From Alphaproteobacteria bacterium (GTDB lineage: Bacteria > Pseudomonadota > Alphaproteobacteria > Bin95), in assembly GCA_964291285.2 (NCBI GenBank), contig OZ219787.1:800001-864000 (forward strand): a DNA stretch of 64,000 bases, read 5' to 3'. Shown in pieces: positions 1 through 9,887 of the stretch (positions within the stretch are counted from its first letter, which is position 1; every line of letters begins with the position of its first letter). A program made the position numbers and the translations under genes. The notes beneath the pieces are model-generated. The model saw only the letters and a list, made by a program, of their open reading frames with translations, made no database searches and was not told where the DNA came from.

Positions 1-1363
1 CAGATTGCAGCAGTCGATCAGGCTGCTGCAGATGGGCAGCCTCGAACTGGAGGCGTTCGTCGAGTCCCAGCTGGAGGAGAACCCGCTGCTGAAGCGCGGC
101 GAAGCCGATGGCGAGGCCGCGCCCGCCGCGCCCGGCGGGCCCGATTTCCCCGCCGAAACGACAGGTGACGGCTTCCTTGCGCCGGAAGCGTTTGCGGCCC
201 CCGGCGCTGCCGCCGGCTTCGACGGCGATTTGCCCGGTCCCGAAGAGCGGGTGGCGGCGGCGCCCAGCCTGCGCGACCGCCTGGAACGGCAGTTGATGCT
301 GGATATCGCCGACCCCCGCGACCGGCTGATCGGGCGGGCGGTCATCGACGCGCTCGACCCCTCCGGGTGGTTCACGGCCGATCCGGAAGCCTTCGCCGCC
401 GGCCTCGGCGCCTTGCCGGACGATGTCGAGCGGGTGTTGCTCAGCCTGCAGCAGTTCGAGCCGGCGGGCCTGTTCGCCCGGTCGCTCGCCGAGTGCCTGG
501 CGCTGCAACTGCGCGACCGGGGCCGCTACGGACCGGCCATGGCGGCGCTGCTCGACAATCTGGACCTGCTGGCGGCGGGACGGTTCGACGCGCTCGCCAG
601 GGCCTGCGGCGTCGATGGGGACGAGCTCGCGGGGATGGTGCGCGAACTGCGTTCGCTGGATCCGAAACCGGCGTCCGCTTTCGACGAAGATGCGGCCGCC
701 ATGCCGGTCATCCCGGATATCCTGGTCCGCGCGCATGCCGGCGGCGGCTGGGCGGTCGAACTCAATGACGAGGCGCTGCCGCGCGTTCTGGTGGACCGCG
801 AATACTATGCGCGCGTGCGCGGCGATGCGGCCTCGGACGCCGACCGCGAGTTTATCGCCGACAGGCTGAGCAGCGCCAACTGGCTGGTGAAGGCGCTGCA
901 CCAGCGGGCGGAAACCATGCTCAAGGTCGCCGCCGAACTGGTGCGCCGGCAGCAGGATTTCTTCGCCCGGGGAGTCCGGCATCTGCGCCCGCTGACGCTC
1001 AGGGACATTGCGGAGGCGGTGGGAATCCACGAGAGCACGGTGAGCCGCGTGACCGCCAACAAGACCATGGCCACGCCGCTCGGCCTCTTCGAGCTCAAAT
1101 ATTTCTTTACCGCCGCCATAGCGGGGACGGGCGGCGGCGAGGCCCATTCCGCGGAAGCCGTCCGGCACCGGCTGAAGGCGCTGATCGATGCCGAGGACCC
1201 CGGCGGGACGCTGTCGGACGACAGGCTGGTGGCCGCAATGCGCATCGAGGGCATCGAGATTGCGCGCCGCACGGTCGCCAAATACCGGGAGACGATGGGC
1301 ATTCCGTCCTCCGCGCAGCGCCGCCGGCGCAAATTGGCGGGCGCTGTTGGAAAAGCCCATTGA
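1..1363 (+). CDS. rpoN: RNA polymerase sigma-54 factor (5' end probably outside the window)
   Basis: Region I 'QQSIRLLQM..LEL', HTH 'HESTVSRVT', RpoN box 'ARRTVAKYRE'. Confidence 0.97.
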   Translation, partial: RLQQSIRLLQMGSLELEAFVESQLEENPLLKRGEADGEAAPAAPGGPDFPAETTGDGFLAPEAFAAPGAAAGFDGDLPGPEERVAAAPSLRDRLERQLMLDIADPRDRLIGRAVIDALDPSGWFTADPEAFAAGLGALPDDVERVLLSLQQFEPAGLFARSLAECLALQLRDRGRYGPAMAALLDNLDLLAAGRFDALARACGVDGDELAGMVRELRSLDPKPASAFDEDAAAMPVIPDILVRAHAGGGWAVELNDEALPRVLVDREYYARVRGDAASDADREFIADRLSSANWLVKALHQRAETMLKVAAELVRRQQDFFARGVRHLRPLTLRDIAEAVGIHESTVSRVTANKTMATPLGLFELKYFFTAAIAGTGGGEAHSAEAVRHRLKALIDAEDPGGTLSDDRLVAAMRIEGIEIARRTVAKYRETMGIPSSAQRRRRKLAGAVGKAH

Positions 1364-1430
1364 CCGGGGACGGTCCGCGCTCCTAATTACCCGAAGAACC
1401 GCCCGGTCCGGAGACAGTGGGGAGCGGCAG

Positions 1431-2015
1431 GTGCGGATTTCCGTAAGCGGTAAGCAATTGGAGGTGAGCCAGAGGCTCGCCGACAGGGTCAAGGCGTCAC
1501 TCGAGCAGTCGGTGGCCCGCTATTTCGACAGGGCGATCGACGCCCAGATCGCGTTCTCCAAGCAGGGCGCGGGCGTCCGGGCCGATGTCTCGGTCCATGC
1601 CGGGCGCGGGCTCACGGTGCAGACGCACGGCCAGGCGGCGGACCCGTGGCTGGCCTTCGGCGAGGCCGAGGACAAGGTGGCGAAGCGCCTTCGCCGCCAC
1701 AAGCGCCGGCTGCGCAGCCACCATCGCCGCGAAGAGGCCGAACTGGACCGCTGGTCCGTCGCCCATCGCATCCTCGACGAGCCGGAAGGGGCCGCCGAGG
1801 AGGCGGCCGAGGACGCGCCGGCGATCATCGCCGAGATGACCGAGGACGTGCTCACGCTCAGCGTCGGCGAGGCGGTGATGCGCATGGACTTCGGCGGCCA
1901 GCCGGCCCTGCTCTTCCGCAATGCCGCGCATGGGGGGCTGAACATGATCTACCGGCGCGCCGACGGCAATGTCGGCTGGGTTGACCCCGACGGCCAGCCC
2001 GGCCGCAGCGGCTGA
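1431..2015 (+). CDS. hpf: Ribosome hibernation promoting factor (long HPF / sigma-54 modulation protein)
   Basis: GTG start after GGAG; 'RISVSGKQLEV', 'KRLRRHKRRL', C-terminal 'LNMIYRRADGNVGWVDP'; lies between rpoN and ptsN. Confidence 0.92.
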   Translation: MRISVSGKQLEVSQRLADRVKASLEQSVARYFDRAIDAQIAFSKQGAGVRADVSVHAGRGLTVQTHGQAADPWLAFGEAEDKVAKRLRRHKRRLRSHHRREEAELDRWSVAHRILDEPEGAAEEAAEDAPAIIAEMTEDVLTLSVGEAVMRMDFGGQPALLFRNAAHGGLNMIYRRADGNVGWVDPDGQPGRSG

Positions 2016-2022
2016 CGCCGCG

Positions 2023-2469
2023 ATGGGCGTCCTCGAGCTGGTCGGCCCCGACGGCGTGATCGCCGATCTGGAGGCGTCCAGCAAGAAACACGCGCTGGAG
2101 CAGATGGCGTCGGTCGCGGCCGACAGCCTGGGGCTCAGCTCGAAGGCGGTGTTCACCGTGCTGGTGGACCGGGAGAAGCTCGGCAGCACCGGCGTCGGGC
2201 GCGGCATCGCCATTCCCCATGCCAAAATGGCCGGCCTCGACGGCATTCACGGCTTCCTCATCCGCTCGCGGGAGGCCGTGCCCTTCGAGGCCGTGGACGA
2301 CGAGCCGGTCGATCTCTTCTTCCTGCTGCTCGCGCCCGAAAGCGCCGGCGCGGAGCATTTGAAGGCGCTGGCGCGGGTCTCGCGCGCGCTGCGCGATCGG
2401 GACACGGTAAGGGCGCTCCGGGAGGCCGGGGGCGCCGCCGCCATGCGCGCCGTGCTGGAGGAGCGCTAG
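2023..2469 (+). CDS. ptsN: PTS IIA-Ntr nitrogen regulatory protein
   Basis: 'REKLGSTGVGRGIAIPH' phospho-His motif; 'HLKALARVSR'; synteny. Confidence 0.93.
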   Translation: MGVLELVGPDGVIADLEASSKKHALEQMASVAADSLGLSSKAVFTVLVDREKLGSTGVGRGIAIPHAKMAGLDGIHGFLIRSREAVPFEAVDDEPVDLFFLLLAPESAGAEHLKALARVSRALRDRDTVRALREAGGAAAMRAVLEER

Positions 2470-2475
2470 GGCGGA

Positions 2476-3651
2476 CTACCCCTGCGGCTGCGTCCTGTCG
2501 CGCATCCGGCGCGCAAGCACGCCCGCCAGCAGCAGGCTGCACGCCGACAGCGCCGCCATGAACCAGAACGCATCGCCGCCGAAGCCCTCGTAGAGCGGCC
2601 CGGCCGCCAGCAGCGCGCAGCCGAGCGCGCCGCCCATCGCAATGGACGAATAAAGGCCCTGTGCGGTCGCCGAGATTTCGGGCGGGACATGGCGCTGGAG
2701 GTAGATCATGCCGCCGAGATGCGTCGCGGCGAAGGTGAAGCCGTGCAGCATCTGGACGGGCGCGAGCAGCCACAAGTCGGTCGTCAGCGCCGTGCCGGCC
2801 CAGCGCAGCATGGCCGCCGAAGCGCCGAGCGCAATCAGGCCGGCAATGCCGAGCCGGTTCACGACCCTGTTGCCGAGCGCGAAGAGCGCAACTTCCGAGA
2901 TGACGCCCACCGCCCATAGCGGCCCGGTGATGTCCTTGTCGTAGCCTGCTTTCTCCCAGTGGATCGTGCCGTAGCCCATCAGCACGGCGTGGCTCGCCAT
3001 GTTGAAGGCGATGGCGCCGGTGCAGAGCAGGAAGCCGGTGTCCTGCACCAGCCGCCCGAGCGCCCGGCGCATGGCCCGGCGCGCGCCCGGCGGGGTCTCC
3101 GGGCGGGCGTCCGGAAGGGTTGCCGTCGCCGCCGCCACCAGCACGAGCCCGCCGATCATGGCCGCGACGATGGCCTCGTCGCCGCGCCCGGCCAGCACCC
3201 ACCCGCCGGCCGTCGAGGCCAGGATGAAGGCGACCGAGCCCCAGACGCGCATCCTGCCGTAGTCGAGCCGGCGGGCGCGGGCCGTCAGCAGCGCGATATT
3301 GTCCGAAAGCGGCAGCGTCGGCCCGTGGGCAAGCGCGAACAGCAGCACGAGGCCGAGCACCGGCCAGAAGCCCTCCGCCAGCGGAAAGCAGGCCGCGACC
3401 ACCACGGAGGCGAGCGCGAAGCGAAACGCATAGCGCCGTCTTTCGCCCCGCCAGTCCGCGAACAGCATGACGCCCGGATTGACGGCCACCCGCAGGAATA
3501 TGCTCGCGGCCATGACCCAGGCGATGTCGGTCGCGTCCAGGCCCCGCGACTCCAGCCAGAGCGGGAAAAAGGGCTGATAGACGCCGACCATGGTGAAATA
3601 GGCGGTATAGAAGAGCGAGATACGGAGCGCGGGGCGCGCGGTCTCCGCCAT
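2476..3651 (-). CDS. MFS transporter (HcaT/3-phenylpropionate permease-like)
   Basis: About 12 hydrophobic segments; 'DYGRMRVWGSVAF', 'QMLHGFTFA'. Start could be 3672. Confidence 0.85.
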   Translation of the reverse strand: MAETARPALRISLFYTAYFTMVGVYQPFFPLWLESRGLDATDIAWVMAASIFLRVAVNPGVMLFADWRGERRRYAFRFALASVVVAACFPLAEGFWPVLGLVLLFALAHGPTLPLSDNIALLTARARRLDYGRMRVWGSVAFILASTAGGWVLAGRGDEAIVAAMIGGLVLVAAATATLPDARPETPPGARRAMRRALGRLVQDTGFLLCTGAIAFNMASHAVLMGYGTIHWEKAGYDKDITGPLWAVGVISEVALFALGNRVVNRLGIAGLIALGASAAMLRWAGTALTTDLWLLAPVQMLHGFTFAATHLGGMIYLQRHVPPEISATAQGLYSSIAMGGALGCALLAAGPLYEGFGGDAFWFMAALSACSLLLAGVLARRMRDRTQPQG

Positions 3652-3723
3652 TCGGACCCGGGAGGTGCTCATGCCGCCGGCCTCGGGTATATGGAAGCGC
3701 CGACAGGGGGGGCCGGAACGGAC

Positions 3724-4248
3724 ATGGACGACTGGCGGGACGGGATTTTCGAGGCCATCAAGGCGGCGGGCGTGACCCAGGTCGCCTATGTGCCGGATGC
3801 CGGGCACAGCCGGCTGATCGAGCGCTCGATCGAGGACAACGACCTGCGCGCGGTGTCGCTCACCACCGAGGAGGAGGGCGTGGCGCTGCTCGCCGGCGCC
3901 TGGCTCGGCGGCGCGAAGGGCGTGCTGCTGCTGCAATCCTCGGGCGTCGGCAACTGCGTCAACATGCTCTCCCTGGCCAGGACCTGCGCCTTCCCGCTGG
4001 TGATGCTGGTGACCATGCGCGGCGAATGGGGCGAGTTCAATAGCTGGCAGAAGCCGATGGGCGTGACGACCCGGGCGCATCTGGAGCTTTGCGGCGCCAC
4101 CTGCTACCGCTGCGACCGGCCGGAGGACGTGCACGAGACCGTCGAGTCGGCCTTCCGCTTCGCCTATTTCACCAACTCCATCGCCGCCGTGCTGCTCGGG
4201 CAGCGGCTGATCGGCGCCAAGGTGTTCGAGGAGCCGGCCTCATGCTGA
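3724..4248 (+). CDS. Sulfopyruvate/phosphonopyruvate decarboxylase-like alpha subunit (ComD-like)
   Basis: 'YVPDAGH', 'TTEEEGVALLAGAWLGG', 'LQSSGVGNCVN'. Confidence 0.85.
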   Translation: MDDWRDGIFEAIKAAGVTQVAYVPDAGHSRLIERSIEDNDLRAVSLTTEEEGVALLAGAWLGGAKGVLLLQSSGVGNCVNMLSLARTCAFPLVMLVTMRGEWGEFNSWQKPMGVTTRAHLELCGATCYRCDRPEDVHETVESAFRFAYFTNSIAAVLLGQRLIGAKVFEEPASC

Positions 4249-4817
4249 ACCGCAGGGAAGCCGTCAGCCGGCTGCTGGCGGACCGGGGCGACATGCTGGT
4301 GGTCGCGGGGCTCGGCCAGCCCTGCTTCGACTGCTTCGCGGCCGGCGACGACCCGCGCAACTTCTATCTCTGGGGCGCGATGGGCGGGGCCGTGCCGGCG
4401 GGTCTCGGGATCGCGCTTGCGCAGCCGGAGCGCCGGGTGCTGGTGGTGACGGGCGACGGCGACGCGCTGATGAGCGCGGGCGCGTTCGCCATCATCGGGG
4501 CCGAGGCGCCGGAGAACCTCGCGATCTGCATTCTCGACAATGAGCGCTATGGCGAGACCGGCGGGCAGGTGACGCACACGGCGCGCGGAGCGGACCTGGC
4601 GGCGATGGCGGCGGCGGGCGGCGTCCGGCAATCGTGGATGGTCCGCACGGAAGCGGAGCTGGCCGACGCCGTCGGCGCGCTCCGGTCCGGCGCGGGCCCC
4701 TTGGTCGCGGTCCTCAAGGTCGCGCCGGAAAGCGAGCCCGGCGCGCTGCCGCCGCAGGACGGGCCGCACCTCAAGCGCCGCTTCCGCACCGCCGCCCTCG
4801 GCGTCGAGGACAAGTAG
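4242..4817 (+). CDS. TPP-dependent decarboxylase beta subunit (ComE-like)
   Basis: TPP motif 'TGDGDALM...LDNERYGETGGQ'; overlaps the alpha subunit stop. Confidence 0.85.
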   Translation: MLNRREAVSRLLADRGDMLVVAGLGQPCFDCFAAGDDPRNFYLWGAMGGAVPAGLGIALAQPERRVLVVTGDGDALMSAGAFAIIGAEAPENLAICILDNERYGETGGQVTHTARGADLAAMAAAGGVRQSWMVRTEAELADAVGALRSGAGPLVAVLKVAPESEPGALPPQDGPHLKRRFRTAALGVEDK

Positions 4818-4824
4818 GGCGTTC

Positions 4825-5199
4825 ATGACCGGGCTGCCTGTCGAGTTCCAGCCGGCCATCGGCCGCGATGCGCGGGCGGTGGCGGGCCTTGCGCGGGAGG
4901 CGGACGGCTCGATCTGCGCGGTCTGGCTGGCGGCGATCGGCGGGCTCGCGCTGGCCTTCCTGCTGTTCTTCGAGCCGGCCGGGATCGCGGCATGGATGAT
5001 CTACGCCAATGCGGGCGGGCTGGCGCTCTGCCTGCTGGCGGCGCTCGGGCGCTGGCTCGGCTGCACCGTCCGGGCGCGCCGGATCGCCGCCGCCTGGAAG
5101 CGGGCGGGCGTCGTCTTCCTGCCGGGGTCCGAAGGGCTTGTCGAATATGACGGCGCGGTCCACGATCCGGCGCCGCCGCCGCAGCATGGCGAACGGTAG
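4825..5199 (+). CDS. Hypothetical membrane protein (2 TM)
   Basis: Fills the gap in a co-directional operon; two hydrophobic segments. Confidence 0.55.
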   Translation: MTGLPVEFQPAIGRDARAVAGLAREADGSICAVWLAAIGGLALAFLLFFEPAGIAAWMIYANAGGLALCLLAALGRWLGCTVRARRIAAAWKRAGVVFLPGSEGLVEYDGAVHDPAPPPQHGER

Positions 5200-5222
5200 A
5201 ACGGAACGGGGGAGCGCGGAAC

Positions 5223-5984
5223 ATGGCAAGGCTTGCGGGCAAGGTCGCGGTAATCACGGGGGCGACCGGAGGCATCGGCGCGGCGGCCTCGCGGCTGTTC
5301 GCGGCGGAAGGCGCGGCGCTGATGCTGGTCGATATGGACGCGGGCCGGCTGGAGGCGCTGGCCGGCGAGACCGGCGCGGCCTGGCACGCGGGCGACGTGT
5401 CCGAGCCGGAGGTGAACGAGGCGATTGCGGCGGCCACGGCCGAGCGCTTCGGCGGCATCGACATCGGCCTGCTGAATGCCGGCATCGAAGGCGCGCTCGC
5501 GCCCATCGGCGACTACACGGTGGAGATGTTCGACCGCGTCATGGCGGTCAATGCGCGCGGGGTGTGGCTCGGCCTCAGGGCGCTGATGCCGCATCTGGAG
5601 CGGCGCGGCGGCGGCTCGCTGGTGCTGACCTCCTCGACGGCGGGCATCCGCGCCGTCCCGGACATGTCGGCCTACACCGCCTCCAAGCATGCCGTGATCG
5701 GGCTTATGCGTTCGGCCGCCATCGAGGGGTCGGCGTCGAACATCCGCGTCAACACGGTCAATCCCTCGCCCATCGACACGCGCATGATCCAGAGCCTCGA
5801 AGTCATGCACGGCGTTGCGGGCTCAGGCTCGAACCAGCCGCTCGCCGGCGCGACGCCGCTGCGCCGCTACGGCGAGCCGGAGGAGGTCGCGCGGCTGATG
5901 CTGTTCCTCGCGAGCGACGAGTCCAGCTTCTGCACCGGCGGCGTCTACATGGTCGATGGCGGCGTTTCCGCCGGACGGTTGTAG
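5223..5984 (+). CDS. Short-chain dehydrogenase/reductase (SDR)
   Basis: 'TGATGGIG', 'NAGI', catalytic 'YTASK'. Confidence 0.93.
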   Translation: MARLAGKVAVITGATGGIGAAASRLFAAEGAALMLVDMDAGRLEALAGETGAAWHAGDVSEPEVNEAIAAATAERFGGIDIGLLNAGIEGALAPIGDYTVEMFDRVMAVNARGVWLGLRALMPHLERRGGGSLVLTSSTAGIRAVPDMSAYTASKHAVIGLMRSAAIEGSASNIRVNTVNPSPIDTRMIQSLEVMHGVAGSGSNQPLAGATPLRRYGEPEEVARLMLFLASDESSFCTGGVYMVDGGVSAGRL

Positions 5985-6002
5985 CGCGGGGCCGGGCGGC
6001 CG

Positions 6003-6848
6003 TCAGAAGGTCGTCCGCACCCCGGTCTCGAACAGGTGCGCCCGGAACTCGGTCTTCACCTCGATGCTGTTGCCGTTGCTGGCATTCCTGCCGTCGAACT
6101 CGAAGTCCCGCGCGGTCTGCAGGCGGTAGCCGAACTGGAGCGTGGTCCTGTCGTTGAGCCGGTAGCCCACCCCGGCACCGATATGCCAGGCGAACTGCGT
6201 GTCGCTCGATGAAATCTGCGGGACGAAGCCGGGAGGCACCCGGGCCGCTGCTTCCGGTCCTTGGAGATGGTTTGTAACTTGCCGCGTCAGTAGGTCGTCG
6301 TCATATTCCAGACCGCCCTGGTCTATCCGGATGAAGCCGCCGCCGCCGCCGATATAGGGGATCCAGTCGGAGCCCGTCGGAATGTCGAACCAGACATTCG
6401 CCAACGCGCCGGCCTGCTCGGCGCTGCCCGAAACCGGGACATCGACCTTGCCGAGCCCGGCAACCGGTTGGCCCCCAAGGGTCACGTTGTCATAAGTCTG
6501 CTTGTCCACGTTGGCGCGCGAGAAGAACAGCTCGCCCTCGACGCGCAGGCCCACGCCGAGCTTGTAGCCCACCATGCCGGCAATCTTGAACCCCACATCG
6601 TATTCGGGAGTGGCTCTCCCGCTGTAGGGAAGCATGGTGCCAGGTGGAACCCGAGGGTCGAGGCTGACGTTGCGGCCGGTCACTTCGGATTCCGTACCGT
6701 CGATGAACATGACCGGCACCTGGAAGCCCAGATACCAGGGGGAGTCGGCCGCCCGCGCGCCTGCCGGGACGGCGAGCGGCGCAAGGGCTGCGGCAACAAG
6801 AATTGCAGTGGCCCGGAAGGCGGGTTTGTCGATGAGGGTCATACGCAT
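6003..6848 (-). CDS. Outer-membrane beta-barrel protein (OmpA-like/Msp4-type) with long loops
   Basis: Signal peptide ending ARA; 'GLRVEGE', 'PYIGGGGG', 'FAWHIGAGVGY'; C-terminal Phe. Confidence 0.8.
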   Translation of the reverse strand: MRMTLIDKPAFRATAILVAAALAPLAVPAGARAADSPWYLGFQVPVMFIDGTESEVTGRNVSLDPRVPPGTMLPYSGRATPEYDVGFKIAGMVGYKLGVGLRVEGELFFSRANVDKQTYDNVTLGGQPVAGLGKVDVPVSGSAEQAGALANVWFDIPTGSDWIPYIGGGGGFIRIDQGGLEYDDDLLTRQVTNHLQGPEAAARVPPGFVPQISSSDTQFAWHIGAGVGYRLNDRTTLQFGYRLQTARDFEFDGRNASNGNSIEVKTEFRAHLFETGVRTTF

Positions 6849-6958
6849 TCCATTCGTGCATCCTTAGCCCCAGGTGCATTCATTGCGCCTGTGTTTTCCC
6901 CGCCCAGGAAAGCCGATACCGCCCTGTGCGGCGCGCCGGCCGGGCGGCTGGCGCACCG

Positions 6959-7010
6959 AATTAGTGGATTTCATTATAGAGATTGTTTGAAATTAATATT
7001 GGATATTGTC
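6959..7010. promoter_or_regulatory. AT-rich divergent promoter region between the OMP and TonB receptor genes
   Basis: Strongly AT-rich tract in a GC-rich background between divergent genes; no specific box assigned. Confidence 0.4.
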
Positions 7011-7213
7011 ATGTGCAGATGGTCTTCATGCCGCTGACACAGGCGCTGCGCCGGAGCCGGGAGGAGCATGGGTCGATGAGGGAAAGGCTTCCGATGACGG
7101 CGGTTCGGGCCGCAGGCGCCGGTAACGCGCATGCACTTTTGACACGCGGCCGACTCGGCGGCAATTGGCGCAAGGCGTCCGGTCGGTCCGGACGACGGGA
7201 GCGGAGAATTCCG

Positions 7214-8066
7214 ATGAAGACATTCCTGGCATCGCTTGCCGTTTTCGCCCTGCTGGCCGCGGGCGCGGCCCATGCCGGCCCGCTGGCGCCGGCGCCGCGC
7301 GTCGTCGCCAAATACGACCGGAACTTCATCGAGCGTTCGGGCGCCCAGACGCTCGAGGAACTGCTGGACACCGGCATCATCCGCTACTTCCTCACCGGCG
7401 GGCAGAACCTGCTCGTCCTGGTCAATGGCAGGCCTTACGCCTCCACCGCCGGCGACCTGGACCCCCTGCCGCTCTCGGCCGTGGAGCGCATCGAGGTTCT
7501 CGGTCCCGACAGCCTGGGCACGCTCGGCGGCGCCACCGTGCGCGGCGCGCTCAATATCGTGCTCAGGACGGATCTTGACGGCTTCGAGACGCGCATGGTC
7601 GCACGGGTGCCGAGCCGGGACGGCGGCGACAGCTCGCAGGGCAGCGTCTTCTGGGGCGGCGCGGTCGGCAAGGGAGGGCGCATGACCCTCGGCGTGGACA
7701 TGCTCGACCGCCAGGAAATTCCCGGCAGCGCCCGGGAGCACAGCCGCTCCGAATGGGTCGAGGGCGGCTCGTTCAGCGACGCGAAGAATGTCAGCCTCAG
7801 CGGCAACACCGTCTTTGTCGTCCAGCTCGACGGCAGGACTTTCCAGGGTATAAGGTCGGTCGCGCTGGGAGAGTGTAGCCCGGCGAACGGCTATACGGGC
7901 CCGCTCAGCGATCCGCCCGGCGTCACCGTGGAAGGCGACGAAGGCTGTGGCTTCGCCTATGGCGACATCTGGTGGGATACCTCCAGCTACGAGCAGCAGA
8001 GCGCCATCCTGAACCTGGACCATCCGCTGGGCAGTGATGCCGAACTGCATCTGGACGTGAATCTTA
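7214..8066 (+). pseudogene. TonB-dependent receptor, 5' part (interrupted by IS701 and IS5)
   Basis: Signal peptide 'MKTFLASLAVFALLAAGAAHA'; plug motifs 'LVLVNGRP', 'PLSAVERIEVL'; frame broken after ..DVNL. Confidence 0.88.
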
Positions 8067-8081
8067 GCTCGACTTTGTGCA

Positions 8082-9488
8082 TTATGCTGCGAAGCAGAGG
8101 GCGTACTGCATCCGCCTTATCTTGTCGGGCGGAATTATGTTTGGTTCCCGGTGTGGCGGGGAGCGCGATAAATTGTTTCCAAGCCAGAGTTGGCATCGTA
8201 TGGCCGCGATTGCATCGGAGAATGTGACGCTGGTTTTCTGGTACCAGGCGGCGGCGTAGGACAGGTGGTTTGTCGAGAGCACGTCTGTGGCCCAGAGGCA
8301 GACGAGGCTGTAGAGCCCGCAGAGGACGGGGGTGGTTCGTGCGATCGCCGCGTGTGACCACTGGCGTTGTGTTTCGAGCCCGAGATGGGCGCGCAGTTCC
8401 TGGAAGGTGACCTCGACCTGCCAGCGCCGCACGAAGGTGGCGATGATCTTGGCCGGCTCCATGTTGGTGTCGGTGCAGAAGAACGCCTGCGGGTCCCGCT
8501 CGCCTTCCGGGTCTCGCACCAGCACCCATCGGATGGCCTTGGGAGGTGTGCCGGGACGATACCAGAGCGCGGTATCGGAGATGATCTGGAGTGTCTTTTC
8601 CTTCGAACTTCCGTACCAGCGCGGAAGCGTGATGCTTGTCCAGCGGGCATCGGGGTCGTCAAGGCGGGTCTGGAGCTTGGGCAGGGGCGGCCCCTTTTGC
8701 CGGGGTCGACCGCGTTTGTTCGGGTCGCGCGGCGGCGGGGGCGCGAAGAGGTTGGCATCGAGCCTCAGCCTGCTGATGAGGGTTGCGCGCTGTCCGATGC
8801 GCCAGGCGAGTTCGTGGGTTCCGAAACTGCTGTCGGCGACGAAGACGATCGCGCGTTGCGGGACCCAGCGAAGGATTTGAAGCATGCCCTGTCGCGCCCA
8901 GTCGGTGAGTTGCTTGTGACGCCGGCCTTGCCTGGCGGCGAAGCGTTCGGACGGGGCCAGGATGGTCAGGAAGGGCAGGGCCCTGATGCCCGGCGACCAG
9001 GGCAGCGGGACAAGCAGCATGAAGCTGAGCCAGCGCAGCCCGCTGGTCTTGACGAAATGGCCATGGCTGGAACGCACCGGGTCGCGATAGATGCCGCGCG
9101 CCTTGATACGCGCGCCCCAGCGGCGCTCGATGGTGTCATCGAGCCCGATGATGATCGGTCCCTGCCCGGCAAGCCGCGCCACCAGCACGAGCACGAGCCG
9201 GCGTGAAAGGTCACGCGGGTCCCAGCGGGCGCGATTGAGAACCTGATGGTAGGACGAGAATGTCTCGCACATCGCCCGCCCGGTCACCCGCAGGCAGGCC
9301 GACACGGTTCTCTTGCCCGGCGCCAGCAACGCTCCCATGACCAGAACCGCCACCAGCCGCCAGGTCGGGGATGAGAAGGCGCCTCGAAAGGGCTCCAGCC
9401 AGTCGATCAGGAACGGCGGAACCGGATCGCCGATGGCGCTCGAAGGGTCGTCGAAATGTGTCATGACGACCTTCGAATCCAGAAGCAT
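8082..9488 (-). CDS. IS701-family DDE transposase
   Basis: 'GLDDTIERRWG', 'VADSSFG', 'RRWQVEVTFQE'; start uncertain. Confidence 0.88.
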   Translation of the reverse strand: MLLDSKVVMTHFDDPSSAIGDPVPPFLIDWLEPFRGAFSSPTWRLVAVLVMGALLAPGKRTVSACLRVTGRAMCETFSSYHQVLNRARWDPRDLSRRLVLVLVARLAGQGPIIIGLDDTIERRWGARIKARGIYRDPVRSSHGHFVKTSGLRWLSFMLLVPLPWSPGIRALPFLTILAPSERFAARQGRRHKQLTDWARQGMLQILRWVPQRAIVFVADSSFGTHELAWRIGQRATLISRLRLDANLFAPPPPRDPNKRGRPRQKGPPLPKLQTRLDDPDARWTSITLPRWYGSSKEKTLQIISDTALWYRPGTPPKAIRWVLVRDPEGERDPQAFFCTDTNMEPAKIIATFVRRWQVEVTFQELRAHLGLETQRQWSHAAIARTTPVLCGLYSLVCLWATDVLSTNHLSYAAAWYQKTSVTFSDAIAAIRCQLWLGNNLSRSPPHREPNIIPPDKIRRMQYALCFAA

Positions 9489-9573
9489 CCGGCATGCAAG
9501 GGCGCCCGCATGCGACCGGGTGAATCAGCATCGCTGCAGCGACAGAAGCCATCCAATCCGATATCACTGCTTC

Positions 9574-9861
9574 ATGGCCGCATCCGACCCCTGTCTGGCG
9601 CGCATCGAAGCGTTCAACAAATCCAGGGGCGGGGGCGTGACGGTCACCAGGGTGCGCGGCGGCTACAATCTGTATCTCACGGCCACGCAGGCACCGATCG
9701 CAAGGCTCCAGCCGAAAGGCTCAGGTGACAAGATGAGGGTGCGCTACTGGTCCTGGCGCCAGTCCTGGCAGGACGTCGGAGACATGGGGGGCATCGTGCT
9801 CCCGCTCGAACAGGCCCTCGACGAAATCGCCAAAAACGAGATCTTCTGGACATGGACGTGA
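9574..9861 (+). CDS. Small passenger protein inside the IS701 element (DUF3024-like)
   Basis: 95 aa ORF between the transposase start and the TIR; 'PIARL...YWSW...ALDEIAKNEIFW' resembles DUF3024. Confidence 0.6.
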   Translation: MAASDPCLARIEAFNKSRGGGVTVTRVRGGYNLYLTATQAPIARLQPKGSGDKMRVRYWSWRQSWQDVGDMGGIVLPLEQALDEIAKNEIFWTWT

Positions 9862-9887
9862 GGTAATTTTGTACAAAGTCGAGCTTA

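Larger units (their letters stand above)
8067..9884 (-). mobile_element. IS701-family insertion sequence (about 1.8 kb) with a passenger ORF
   Basis: TIR gctcgactttgtgc (8067-8080) / gtacaaagtcgagc (9871-9884), 13/14 match. Flanked by TTA repeats, or by CTTAG repeats if the ends are 8068/9883. Confidence 0.88.
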
